DNA from: Rebecca billardiae RCC1528
Lineage: Eukaryota > Protista > Haptophyta
DNA length: 64,000 nt
Direction of reading: 5' to 3'
Assembly (NCBI GenBank): GCA_965240325.2
Contig: OZ251231.1
Span: 868,001 to 932,000 of the forward strand
A program made the position numbers and the translations under genes. The notes under the pieces are model-generated. The model was not told the DNA's origin. It saw only the letters and a list, made by a program, of their open reading frames with translations, and made no database searches. Below are positions 12,401-24,268 of the stretch, one piece after another; position 1 is the first letter of the stretch, and each line of letters starts with the position of its first letter.

Positions 12401-15400
12401 GGCTGATCCGACGCTGTTCGGCGCTCCTGGCTGGCTGCGCGGAGCCCAACGGCAAGCGCCGGCGTGTGCAAGGTGTCAAGATTGAGACGGTCTCTGACGC
12501 TCCCGCCGATCTTGGGCGCAGCAGGGTGCATGGGGGCCCATCTGCATCTGCTTCTGCAGGCATGAACGTCACAGGGGCGCGCTTGCAGGCACCGTCGAGT
12601 GCACGCTAGAACTGTCGAATGAGTCAACCGCTGCCTGCGAGCACGTCCGCGACGTCCTGAAAGGCGAATGGGAGGCACCCCGACGCTACCTGGAGGCGAA
12701 TGTGACCCATACCCAACGTGCTGACCATCGCAAGTGCCACGGCAGGTGCAAACACGGGCCCTACGAGCGGAACATGACAGTTGCGGGCTCCGCGGAGGTG
12801 TTGTGCGCGAGCTCAAACCGGTCTGCTGACGGCGATTCTGGAGCAGTAGGGCAGGTTAGGCGAGCTGGGCATCCACCGACACACATGGGCGATTGGTCCG
12901 AGCATCGATCTCATTGGTCCGAGTTGATCATGCGCCACACCGTGCGGTAGCGTGGCTGGCGTACGCAGCGCACCAATTCAAGCCGGCCGACGCGCGCCGC
13001 GCACGGCGCGAGGTGGCGAAGAAGCGGGTGGTGAGCCGCTGGTGGCGCAAAGACACGGGTCAGTAGCACCCACCAGCGTCACGCGCGCGCACCCGAGACC
13101 ATCTCGGCGTCTCATAGGTCGCGAGCGCGCGGCGGTCCACTGCCTCCGGCCGCTCGTGCTGGAGCGGAACCGAGCTCTTGCTGGGTGGCCCTCGCGGCGA
13201 GGGCCACTCGGCCGTTTCAGGCTGATAAGACGTGGCTGACAATGTCGACGATGACAATGACGACCCCGGATGAGCTCTCAAGCGAATCTGAAATGGCTCA
13301 AAACTGCTTCGTCGAATCGTCGCGCGAGATTTGCGCCCGGGGCACTCATGGTGGCTCATCTTGCGCCCAAGAGCGGCCGCGATGCAGCGACATTCACCAC
13401 CCCGGCCCCCAACAGTGACATCGCCGAACCTGACGCGGGCTGCTCGGGCGCGAGTGCGGCGCAAGTCGCAGCTGACAGCGCCTCTGTGAAGGTGATGCAC
13501 ACACGTCGCGGGCCTACCGTCACCGTGGCACTTGAAGCAGTGGATGCGGACCTCGCCGCGGGCACTCCTTCGTCCGCGTGCAAGCGTGACGCTGCACCTG
13601 CGCCAGAGGTGCAGGGGGGAGACACCTGCTCCAAACCGTCCGTAATTCTCTCCTGTCGTGCCGACGGCAGCGTGGTGGCACTTGCCAATCGGCACAATCA
13701 CGACGAGCGTGGCACAGAGGCAATAGGCTGGATGGCGGTTGACCGCGCGAGCGTCGGCGAGGATTCGGACGCAGTGGGCGTGGCATCGTCAGTGTCCATC
13801 GCTGCGCACATGGAACGGGCCGCGCAGCACTGCCGCACGGTCTTCTCAGGCGAGCTACTTGCTGAGCATCCTGCCTTTGACACGCTGCTCTACTTCCCGG
13901 CTCCAGTCGGACTCCACACCAGAGCGGAGGCATGGGCATCTGCCACTGGCCACCCGCAGCCTGCGTGTGACCGTGGAACGGCCGCCCGAACTCAGGTCGG
14001 TGCAGGATGACACTCGTGAAGCACAGCCCGACCTGAGGTGACGCGCGCCACACGTATCGATAATCGAGGGACTCTGCGTCGACATCACCGATCACAGTGG
14101 CTGCAGCCTTCACGGACACGGGTACCTGGGCGTGCTGGCCGACGGAGGCGGCCGCTATGACCCATATCCAGACCCCGCATGCGGCGGGCGGATGGCCGGA
14201 TGAATTGCTCGGCACGAGTAGAAGGGACGAGGTATGACGAGCCGGCGGCACCGCCTAAGCCCGGCACCGACTCAACGGCAGACTAAGTCAGACTCTGCCA
14301 CGCCGACTCCTTCCCGTCACTCAGCTCTCTGCCGAGTCTCCGAATCCGACTGCCGTGTCAGGGCGCCATTACACGTGTATCGGAGTAGTATGCCATCAGC
14401 GACTCTCAGGACTCTTAGCGAGTTAGAGTACGTGGCCGAGGCTGCTGCATGTTGTGTATCGACTATCGTAAGCTACGTAATAATTGTAATTTAAATTAAT
14501 GTATTATGTAAATCGGACCAAGAGTCCGCGAGACGCGCGGTATATAGCCGTGCCGAGTAGCAACTTCAGAAAGTCACTGAGAAGCCGCGGTCCCGTACTA
14601 TTAGTATTAATAAGCAGCCGTATTAGCTGACGACGAATTGTAGTCAGCATCGTCATAATAATAATAATAATCACTATATATCATCTAACTATATGCATGC
14701 GTGATTCAAATATATGTATATATATGACCACGTTCCGCGGTCATATTATTCCGTCAGAACCAACGCAGTTGGGAGCCAGCGGTGGCCGTGCACTCCGTTG
14801 CTCGGTTGACGTACTTCCCGTCGTCGCCTGCCAGACCGTTGACAGACTCCGCCACGGTCCGCGGGCCCGGCCGAATCACTAGCAGTAGTCTTCAATCACT
14901 GAATCAGAACAGCCTCCCGCGACCAGGGCGATCGCCACCACAGACAGAGTCGGGCCGCCGCCAAGCCAACCACGGACTACGACGCCCACTTCCTCCTCCG
15001 CCCAGCGCCGAGTTCAACGCTGAGTTCGGCCCTGGTAATCGTCGCCGCACCGAGACCGAGTCCGCCCACGAGCCCATCGATGCTCATCCGTCCACTCGTC
15101 CAGCATCGAGCCCCACCGCCATCACCGCCATCCATGACCGAGGCCCAGCGCACCGCGAGCCTGCTGCTGCCATCGCCGCTACTGACCCAGCCACCGAGCC
15201 CGCCACCATCACCGCCGAAATCGCCGCCACCAAGCCCGTCGCCGAGCCCGCAGCCATCGTTGCATTATATATATATATCCGTCACCGCAAGCCCGTTGCC
15301 ATCACCGCCGCCATCACTCATCAGCACTGCCGCCGACCCCGCCGCTGAGCTCGCTGCCGAGCCTGCCACTGTCGCTGATGCCCGCGCCGCCACCAAGCCG

Positions 15401-16591
15401 GCAGCCGATCTGACCGCCGAGTCTGCCACCATCGCCACCACCGAGCTCGCCGGCGAGCCCACCGCCATCGCCGGCACCGAAACCGCCACCCTCGCCGCCG
15501 CCAAGTCCGGTATCAAGCCCGCACCTCCGCTGCTTCTGCCGCCAAGCCCGACCCCATACCCACTCTGAGCCGTCGGCTGCAGGCCTTGGGTGGCGTGTCA
15601 ACTGCTGCAGGCGGCCACGGATGACTCGCGAGCTGGTCATGTCCCCGCCAAGGCGTCGCCGTCGACGCGGAGGTTGAGCCCGCCAGGACGATGGCACGTA
15701 CTCTGCCACGTCCGAGTGAAGAGTGGCTGCCGAGCAGGCGAGCAGTCGCGCCACCATACCCGGCAAGAAATTTGGGTCCGCGCCAAGCATTCACTGGCCT
15801 CCGAATCCGCGCACGCCTCCCGGACTAGGGCCGGGGCATGCATGCACCGTCAATCTACCAAGTCGGAAGCAGCTCGACAGCCCCGCTGCATGTGCGCGCG
15901 CGCCTGCCGGTACGTCCGCTGCCCGCTCGAGGGCGAGCGCACAGCGCCTCGCCTGTCGACCACGACAGGCGCGCCTCGCGTGTATCAGTATACTCTGATG
16001 GCGAGGCCCGGGAGGCTCCGCAAGCGTGTTGGCGCAGCAGCACATGCCCATGGCCTGACCCGGGTTGTGCTTTGCCAGCGCGATTGCGTAGGGGTGTGCG
16101 GGGCACCATCTGCTCGCGGTTGGGTTTGAGAGCATCTGCTAGAGGCTCGTGTTGCCGGCGCCGCCTGACGGCCCCGATGTCGTCGCCGGAATGGAAGGGC
16201 ACCATCGCGCCGAGCTAGAAGAGAAAGCCGGTGTCGCCGCCGTGCTCGAGGCGCCAGCTGGCGCACGCAGCCTCGCTGACCATGGCGTATTGCCGGTCGT
16301 CCACCAGGACCCGTCTCGCCGCCGGCCGCCTCCGCCGCGTCGGAGCGCGCGTCGCGCTTGGTCGTCTGGCGCATGCACAATTCATCCCGAAACGGTGGCG
16401 GTGAAGTACTGCCCACAACCGTACGCGGACGGGTAGAAACGTCATACTACTTTGCCCGGTTCGTCAATTTATCATAATTCCGAGCGACCTGCGACCGTCC
16501 CGCCTACTTATTTATGGTGGGGGTACCCTGAAACCAAGCCCCGTGATTTCAGATACTCGATTGACGGAACGACCGCGCCGCGAGACATCCC

Positions 16592-19220
16592 ATGGTGGGT
16601 GGTTCCGACACGCCCCCACCACCAGGTCGGAGCGCCACCGTGGCGCCGGGGGGCGCAAGAGAAGACGGAGCGATCACAGAGCACGCCGCATCACCACCTG
16701 TGGAATCGCCATCCACATTCCGTCGATCGCCCCGCCCACCTTCTCAGCAGGAACTCGGTACCGTGCAAGAACGGCTCGAACATGCGCGTGAGCAGGGCCG
16801 CCGTTTTCGTGAACGTGTGCAGCTGCCGACGGTCGGGGCTGGCCTGTTGTGCGTGGTGCTAGGTATTGTGACGCCATCGATCTACCTGGGGATCTTTGGC
16901 GTGTCCTACGATCCGATCTATCTCGGCATGGTGCTCTGGCTGCCCGGTGCCTTTGTGGCACTGCTCGCGCTCCCAGCAGCACACTTGCGCACGATTCGTG
17001 TCACAACCGCGCTCATCTGCTCGGCGGTGCTCGCGTGGGCGGCGCTCGAGCTGCACGTTGCCATCGCGTTCTGGCTTCAGCATGCCGCCTGGCGCGCGGA
17101 CCAGACGGCGCGATGCCACGTCGTGGAGTCGATGCTGCCGCCGGACACGGTGCCGTGCGAGTACGCGCTGTTGGCCGCGCTGTGCAGCTCGGTGCAGGGG
17201 GCCACTGGGCTGGCTGTTGTCTCGCTGCTCGCGGGTAGGCTGCTGGGTCACAGCCGCGCGCACGAGCTGTTCGCCCTGTGCACCGCCGTGCTCGGCGCGA
17301 GCTTTGCGTGCATGGGCGCCGTCCGGCTGGTGCGCATCGCGTACACGGCTGCAGCCGTGCCGACTGTCGCGCAGCTCTCGCTCATGTGGGTGTCGTATTG
17401 CGTGGGCGCCGTCGAGGGCCTGCTGCTCGGCCCGCTGCTGCTCTCCTCGCGCTTCCGCGCCAAGGCGCAGGCATGGCTCGCCCTCCGCGGCGAGGCCATC
17501 GGCACCGCCGCCGGCATCGCGGCTTTGATCGAGGACCGGCCGTGGCAGGACCTCGAGGCGCTCGCGCGGCAGCTCTTCCGCGGCGTGCCCGCCGATCAGC
17601 TTGAGCGCGAGGACCTGGGGTCGTCACATCCGGACCCGGCGCTCTTCGCCAAGTCCGTGCCTGTGCGGTACGGCGAGGTGGACGCCTTCGTGACACATTC
17701 GTGCGCGCACTGCGTCCACCGTGCCGCGCGCGCTGCGCGCCGCGCGCCGCCTCGCCCCCACGTGATCGGTGTGCGCTGCGCGGCCTCCCGCGCGCCGCGC
17801 ACAGATGGCGCGACGATGCGGATGACAAATGGGCGGCGCTGCAGGCGTGGCGCGAATCCTTCGTCTTCCGGACAAAGCGCGAGCCGATCGTGTGGATCGG
17901 TGCGCGCACGCACCTCGCGCCTTGGGACGGGCCGCTGCGGTGCTGGGCGCGGCAGGCTGACGCGTCGTGTCGCGTCGCGTCGCGCTCGCGCCACCCGCTG
18001 CGCGCACACCTGCAGACCGCCTGTGTCTCAACCAGACGCAGATCGACGACGAGATCGCGTGCCTCCCTCTATTCCTCGCCGGCTGCAAGCAGCTGCTCGT
18101 GCTGGCCGGCGACACGTACCTCTCGCGGCTCTGGGCGTGCGTGGAGCTGTACGTGTTCCTCGAGATGGGCGGCGATGCGGAGCAGATCGAGGTGCGGCCG
18201 TTTGGCCGGCTCAGCGCGGCGGAGCAGCCGAGGCTGCGCGCGGCGGCCGCGGACAGCGGCGGGTACAGCGCAGACCCCGCGCGGCTGCACCCGCACGGTA
18301 TCGACCGCTCGCCCCGCTCGAGCGCGTCGCCGGCGCACCTCGCGCACGCCGGCACTGACGTCACGGCCCGCGACGCCTCGCCCTCGAGCTCGGCTGTGCG
18401 GCAGCCGCCGATGAGCAGCAGCTGTGCGGGCCCGACGCCGCCGCAGTTGACGCCGCAGCCCACGCGCACGGCGCGCTCGCCGCGCGTGACCGAGGAAGGC
18501 GAGCCCCCGCGGGAGCCGCCCCCCTCGCCGACCACGCGCAACATCGCGTGGGTCGAGGCCGAGGGCGCGCGCCGGCTCGGCCCGTGGGTGGACGAGCCGA
18601 TGCTCGCCCTCGAGGTGGCGCTCGCCGGCTTTGACGTGGCCGAGGCGCAGTGCGACGACGGCGCGATGCGCGAGCGGCTGCTCTTCGTGATCGAGGCCGG
18701 ATTTGGCTCGACCGAGCGCTTCAACGAGCGGCTCAAGGCCGTGATGCGCGCCGCGCTGCAGCGTGCGCGCAAGGAGGCGGAGGCGAGGCGAGCGCGCCGC
18801 TCGTCGCGCCGCTCGTCGGCCGAGATGCGCAACCCACGGCGCTCGTCGCGCATGAGCGGCTCGTCCCTCACGCCGCCGAGGACGCCGAGCGTCAGCGGCA
18901 CCAGGCGTGTGGTGCCCGGCGCGCAGCGCCTGTCCCGCGACTCGAACGACGTGACGGGACTCGCGGGGTCGCGGCTGCCCCACGTCAGCTCGCAGCCGAC
19001 CATGGCGCAGCTGGGCGAGCCAGAGTCGGGGGCGTCGGCCGCTGCAAAGGGCGTGGGCGACGCCATCCCCGAAGCGGACAGGCGGCTGACAGGAGGCACC
19101 TCGATCGACCTCCTCATCCCCGGCGCCGACGGGGCAGGCGGCGAGACGGGCGCGCCGGCGCCGGCCGCCTCCTCGGACGCCCCCAGCTGCTCTGAGAGCA
19201 GTGGCCTGCGGCCGCGCTGA
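16592..19220 (+). CDS. Multi-pass membrane protein with cytoplasmic TIR/HET-like domain; exons 16592-17700, 17805-17899, 18016-19220
   Basis: About 6-7 hydrophobic segments. Splicing GT-AG introns 17701-17804 and 17900-18015 yields DAFVTHSWRDD..KW..VWIDRLCLNQ..LPLFLAGCKQLLVLAGDTYLSRLWACVE. Confidence 0.8.
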
Positions 19221-20523
19221 GTTGTCGTGGTGGTGCCCCTTCAGGGCCTCCAGGGGGCGACGCTGTCAGCGCTGGCGGCGGCGGCGGCGGCAAGATGAGC
19301 CGATGCGCGTAGCTCAGAATCATCGCGAGCCCGCCGCCGCTCGCATTGGTGTTCGGTAAGCGCCCCGGAACCGCCAATCAATAATCATCACAATGCCGAA
19401 TGCGAGCGGAGCCGCGTCGGAGCGAGTTTTCGTCCGGGAGGACTACAGGGGGGTCCAGATGGTGCGGGCCCCACTAGTTTCTAAAGGCGGTTAGTGCTGC
19501 ACGGCCGTGCCTCTGGACGGGCATTGAGCGGTGGCGAGGTCGCCAAATGGCGTAAATGGCGTGGCGTGGTCGTCCCAGACAAGGTTGTCGTTATTACGTA
19601 CTACTACTACTAGTCCTGATCAGCTTGCTCAGCCATGCTCGGGTCGTTGATCACCCTGCCGCTGACAGGCGCGCACACGCCAAATGTATTCGCACGGCTG
19701 AGCGGTCGGAGCCGTCGGTCGGACGGCGGTCGCACCGGACTACCGCGCGCAGCCAACCTTGCTCGTCGTCAGATCCACGGCTTGTAGATCGACCATCGCC
19801 AGGCAAGTGCACCGTCGCAATGCATGCCCCAGAGGCCCAGAGGGCAGTATGACCGTCAGAACGGTGATCCTGGCCGCTACCTGCCCATCCTTCCCATGCG
19901 CAACCTCACCGGCGCGCCGGCCTCGTACGGGGGCGTGGACGTGGACGTGAGAGTGGTCGAAAAGTCGGAAGGGAAGACGTCATCACTCACGCACACGCGC
20001 TCGTACGGCGACGTCGACCGGCGAGTGCAACGCCCCCCTGTCCCGGACGTTGCACTCGCGCCTTGGATCGCGGTGGGACGGGCATTCACGCCCGCCATGG
20101 CTTCCCTTCCGATGTGGGAAACTTCATCTGGCCCCCCTGTAGTTATGCAAGCGCGCTAACTTGCGCTGTTCACATTGCGGCTCCGACGGCGTCGGTCCGC
20201 AGTCCGCACCCGCCCCTAAGCCTTAGTATTCACCGCCCGGCCGCCAGAGCACACACGCACCGTCAGATATGTATAGACAACCAAATTAGCACTTCTGCGG
20301 CACGAGTCGTCACTCGGAGTCGCACGGCTGATAGTTATTACTTAAAATATACTCTATATATGTGTATATACATATAGCTACTATATCTATAATATTATTG
20401 TGTCTGAATATAACCCCCGCCACGCGTACTAAATATCGATCGCGATATCTATCGATCATCGATCGATCGATCGAGAGAGAGAGCTCTACTATCAGAGAGT
20501 ACTAGATATAAGATATATATCCG

Positions 20524-20526
<3 letters not shown>

Positions 20527-20610
<84 letters not shown>
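20527..20610. repeat. (TA)n microsatellite
   Basis: Directly visible. Confidence 0.98.
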
Positions 20611-20612
<2 letters not shown>

Positions 20613-20648
20613 GTCGTCGCGCACAAACATCACCCGTCGTACGTTCGA

Positions 20649-22376
20649 TCACAGCGCCGCGGCCACGGTAGAGCCATGGGCGGGCAGCATCAGCTTGCTG
20701 TCCTTCGCAGTCGTACCGGCAGCCTCTGCCTCAGCAGAAGGGCCGAGCGCGAGTGCCGCCTCGGCGTGCCCGCGCCACTGCTCGGCGGGCGAGATGTTGC
20801 ACCGAAGCGCAAGGGCAGATCCACGCAGCAGCGCCGTGGCGCGCGCGAGTGCGACGAGCTCGGGCGGGAAGCTCAGGATGCGGTCGGAGCGCATCAACGT
20901 GCGCCGCTCGCGCGAGCGCAGCATGGCGCCATCCACGCGCGAGAGCAGCATGCGCGCGAGCGAGGCGATGAACGCATCGTCGTCGCGCTCGGTGCGGATG
21001 CCGAGGTCGCGGAATGTGTCCGCGACGTGCGCGTCGGGCGCGCGGTCAGCGACGGCGACGACGAGCCGCGCAATGCGCGCGCGGCTACTCGCGTCCAGCC
21101 GCTTGCACTGCCCGTAGTCGATCAGCCCCAGCCGGCCGTCCGGCATCACGAGCACGTTGCCCGGGTGCGGGTCCGCGTTGAAGAGGCCGAGCCCAAACAC
21201 CTGGTGGCCGTACACGTCCAGGAGCGCGTGCACGCGCGCCGCGGCGGAGGAGAGCAGCAGCCGGGCGCGCGCGGCGCGGTCGCGCTCGGCGGCGGCGGCG
21301 TGGAGCGCCCGCGCGCCGGGGATGGGCACCGAGCTGGCGGCGCGCGCCAGCGCCGCGAGCGCCAGCGCCGCGAGCGCGCACGCGCGCTCGAGCGCGGCAA
21401 ACGCCCAGAGCAGGCCGCTTACGCCGACCACGCGCGCGGCGAGGCCGAGCGCGGCGCGGCGCGCTCGGCCCTGCGCGCGCGCGGCGTCCTCCTGCGCGAC
21501 GATCCACTGGCGCACGCCCCCCGTGGGCGGCTCGACGCCCGCGGCGCGCAGGCCGGCGTGCACCGCGCGCTCGAGCGGCTCGCCTGGCAGGTAGCTCATC
21601 GTGAGGACGCGAGCGGAGCACAGCGCGGGCAGCACGCGCGGCACGTCGATCGAGCGCGCGTAGCGCGGGAGCAGGGCGTCGTGCAGCTCGGCGAGGTTCC
21701 GCCGCTCCCGCGCGAAGTCGAGCTCGCTCTCGTACTGCCGCGAGAACTCGTCGAACACGGGCTGCGCCTCGGGCCGCGTGAGCCGGACGAGCGTGCGCAA
21801 CGAGCGCAGGTCGGCCGCAAACATCGCGGGCACGCCGGGCAGCTGCACCTTGACGACGACGTCCTGCCCGTCGTGCGTGGTCGCCCGGTGCGCCTGCGCG
21901 ACCGACGCGGCGCCAAGCGCGCGCGCGTCGAATTGCGCGAACAGCTCGTCGAGCGGCGCCTGCAGCTCTGCCTCGATCACGGCCGCGATCACGCTCGAAT
22001 CCTCAGCCGGCATGTGCGATTGCAGCACGCGCAGGCTCTGGATGTATGCGGGTGGCATGAGCTCGGGGCGGGTGGACATCTGCTGCCCAAACTTGACGAT
22101 GAGGCCGCGCAGCTCCATTGCCACTGCGAGAGCGCGCGGCGCGTGGCGTGCGTGCAGAGCGTCGCGCGCAGCGCGCTGCGCGCTTGGATCATCGCCCGCG
22201 TGCAGCTTGTCGGAGATCCAGTACTCCGCGAGGATCGGCCCCGCTCGCGACCAAAAGAGAGCCTGGCGGCGTGCCGAGGGGTCCGACGCCGCGAACGCGC
22301 TCACACCACCGGCCACGACGACGCCAGAACCGAACGCCACTCGGCGCCACGTCCACACCGTGCGAGCGGCTGCCAT
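20649..22376 (-). CDS. ABC1/UbiB (ADCK) atypical kinase
   Basis: KFGQQMSTRPE, ALGAASVAQAHRA, VVVKVQ, ELDFARE, FNADPHPGN, LIDYGQ. First ATG is at 22376. Confidence 0.95.
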   Translation of the reverse strand: MAAARTVWTWRRVAFGSGVVVAGGVSAFAASDPSARRQALFWSRAGPILAEYWISDKLHAGDDPSAQRAARDALHARHAPRALAVAMELRGLIVKFGQQMSTRPELMPPAYIQSLRVLQSHMPAEDSSVIAAVIEAELQAPLDELFAQFDARALGAASVAQAHRATTHDGQDVVVKVQLPGVPAMFAADLRSLRTLVRLTRPEAQPVFDEFSRQYESELDFARERRNLAELHDALLPRYARSIDVPRVLPALCSARVLTMSYLPGEPLERAVHAGLRAAGVEPPTGGVRQWIVAQEDAARAQGRARRAALGLAARVVGVSGLLWAFAALERACALAALALAALARAASSVPIPGARALHAAAAERDRAARARLLLSSAAARVHALLDVYGHQVFGLGLFNADPHPGNVLVMPDGRLGLIDYGQCKRLDASSRARIARLVVAVADRAPDAHVADTFRDLGIRTERDDDAFIASLARMLLSRVDGAMLRSRERRTLMRSDRILSFPPELVALARATALLRGSALALRCNISPAEQWRGHAEAALALGPSAEAEAAGTTAKDSKLMLPAHGSTVAAAL

Positions 22377-22516
22377 CGTGGCCGGATGATGATCCACCGG
22401 GCAAGCTTGACGGCATCAATCCGGCATCAAGAAAATGCGGCCGGTCGGGCCCGGACGCGAGCGGCGGCGGCAGCCATAGTCGCTGCATCGGCGCCTCGGC
22501 GGCGACGTCGGCGGTG

Positions 22517-24268
22517 ATGCATAGCGGCGACGAGCCCATGGCTCCGTCGGCAGCGGTCAGTCCAGGGGACGAAGGGGATGCGCCAGCACGCATGCATACG
22601 CAGCCGAGCCAGGACGAGCCCGTGAGGCGAAACGGAGCTGGCGCAATCGCAGGGAGCGCATCCCTGCGGCGCGTGGGTGTCACTGCCGAGCCTGAGGCGG
22701 GGGGCACGGGCTCTGGCGAGCAGAGCCAGCGTACCGACAGGGGTGCGGGCGATGTGCGGGCGGGGCGCCGAGATCAGCGTTCCGAGCCGCGGCGCGAGCG
22801 TGGCTACGATGTCGACAACCGCCAGCGTGAGCGCTGGGACGACAGGGATCGGCAGCGGCCACGCAGGCGAGACGAGCGCTCCGAGCGCTCCGAGCGCTCC
22901 GAGCGCTCCGAACGCTACGAGCGCTACCACGATCGATACGACCGCGGCTTTGAGCGGTACGGCCGCAGCCACGACAGGCATGATCGGTATGATCGGCACG
23001 GCCGGCACGGTCGCAGGGAGTGCGCAGATCGGGGCGAGTCACACCGCAGGTGGCGCCGCGACGCCTCGCCGCCGAGCCACCGACGTGGTGCCGTCCGCAG
23101 CCGCAGCCGCAGCCGCAGCCGCAGCCGCAGCCGCAGCCGCAGCCGCAGCCGCAGCCGCAGCCGCAGCTCGAGCCCACGACTGCGGCGGCGCGCCAAGGGG
23201 CCCCGTGCAGCGCGGGCGGAGGAACCGTCCGCCAAGCCGAAGCTCTTCTTCGATGGCTTCCAGTGGGTCACGCCCACCGCGGCCGCCGACAAGCTCGGCG
23301 CAGCGGCGTCGGCGCCTGGCTCGGCACAGAAGGACCGGCGCGTGCATCTGGGCAATCTGCCGCTCGGCGTTGGCCTCACGCGGGAGGTGCTGTCGGCCTG
23401 GATCTCAGACACGATGCAGGCACAGGGTCTGCTCGCGGCAGCGTCCGAGGTGCGCAGCGAGCGCCAGGCCGCGCGTGCAGCACGTGCCGCCACCGCGAGG
23501 GCGTGCTGCATCCCCCACTTACCGTCGCCAGCCTGCGCACCCCGGTGTGCCCCCGCGTGCCCCGGCTGTATGCAGGAGGGCCCAGTGGTGACGAGCACCT
23601 GGATCAGCCCGGACGGCAACTATGCGTTCATCGAGCTGCGCTCGGCGGCGGAGGCGACGACGTGCCTGCGCCTGCACGGGCAGATGCTGCTGGGCAGTGT
23701 GCTGCGCGTCTCGAGGCCCAACAACTACGTGCCGACCGCAGCACTCGACGTCGGCGTTGCGGGCGAGCTGGGCGCGGGGCCGGGCAGCGTCGCGGCAGCC
23801 TCGGTGCCGCTGGGGCTACCAGGACACACCGCCCAGGCGCTCGCCCCTGCCGTGCCGCCGACGGCGCTCGCTCCGCCCGCGCCCATGGCCCCTGCCGGCC
23901 TCGGCCGTGTCGCCGCGCTCCTGCAGCCGGAGCGGAACATGGTGCTGACCAACTTTGCGTGCGAGGAGGAGCTAGCCGATGCGGAGGCCGTCAGCGACCT
24001 GGCCGAGGCGCTGCGCGAGGAGTGCGCCACCTTTGGCGCAGTCCAGGCGGTCATCGTGCCCACGCGCGACGGCGCGCGCACACTCGTCCCGGGTGCGGCG
24101 CAGCCGGTGCCTGTGTACGTGCAGTTTGCAGACGTGCCGGCTGCGCAGCGCGCCGTGGGGCGCATGCACGGGCGCATGTTCGATGGGCGCGTCCTGGCCG
24201 CCGCCTACGTGGCTGACGCAGAGCTTTGGCGCGTTCGAGAGCAGTATGCTCAGCACGAGCAGGCGTAG
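22517..24268 (+). CDS. U2AF65-like splicing factor (RS domain, RRM, C-terminal UHM-like RRM); intron 23450-23575
   Basis: RS repeat; RRVHLGNLP; NYAFIELRS; LRVSRPNNY; C-terminal LREECATFGAV..VYVQFAD..MHGRMFDGR. In-frame 126-nt GTGCGC..CAG intron. Confidence 0.85.
   Translation: MHSGDEPMAPSAAVSPGDEGDAPARMHTQPSQDEPVRRNGAGAIAGSASLRRVGVTAEPEAGGTGSGEQSQRTDRGAGDVRAGRRDQRSEPRRERGYDVDNRQRERWDDRDRQRPRRRDERSERSERSERSERYERYHDRYDRGFERYGRSHDRHDRYDRHGRHGRRECADRGESHRRWRRDASPPSHRRGAVRSRSRSRSRSRSRSRSRSRSRSRSSSPRLRRRAKGPRAARAEEPSAKPKLFFDGFQWVTPTAAADKLGAAASAPGSAQKDRRVHLGNLPLGVGLTREVLSAWISDTMQAQGLLAAASEVRSERQAARAARAATARACCIPHLPSPACAPRCAPACPGCMQEGPVVTSTWISPDGNYAFIELRSAAEATTCLRLHGQMLLGSVLRVSRPNNYVPTAALDVGVAGELGAGPGSVAAASVPLGLPGHTAQALAPAVPPTALAPPAPMAPAGLGRVAALLQPERNMVLTNFACEEELADAEAVSDLAEALREECATFGAVQAVIVPTRDGARTLVPGAAQPVPVYVQFADVPAAQRAVGRMHGRMFDGRVLAAAYVADAELWRVREQYAQHEQA

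Noticed and set aside
15080-15568. Pro/Ser-rich PPSPPP ORF
   Set aside because: Short, interrupted by a TA run and frame changes; perhaps a decayed surface-protein fragment, but no gene model is supportable.
20449-20652. YIYIYI, LSLSLS and CVCVCV ORFs here and elsewhere
   Set aside because: Microsatellite translations.
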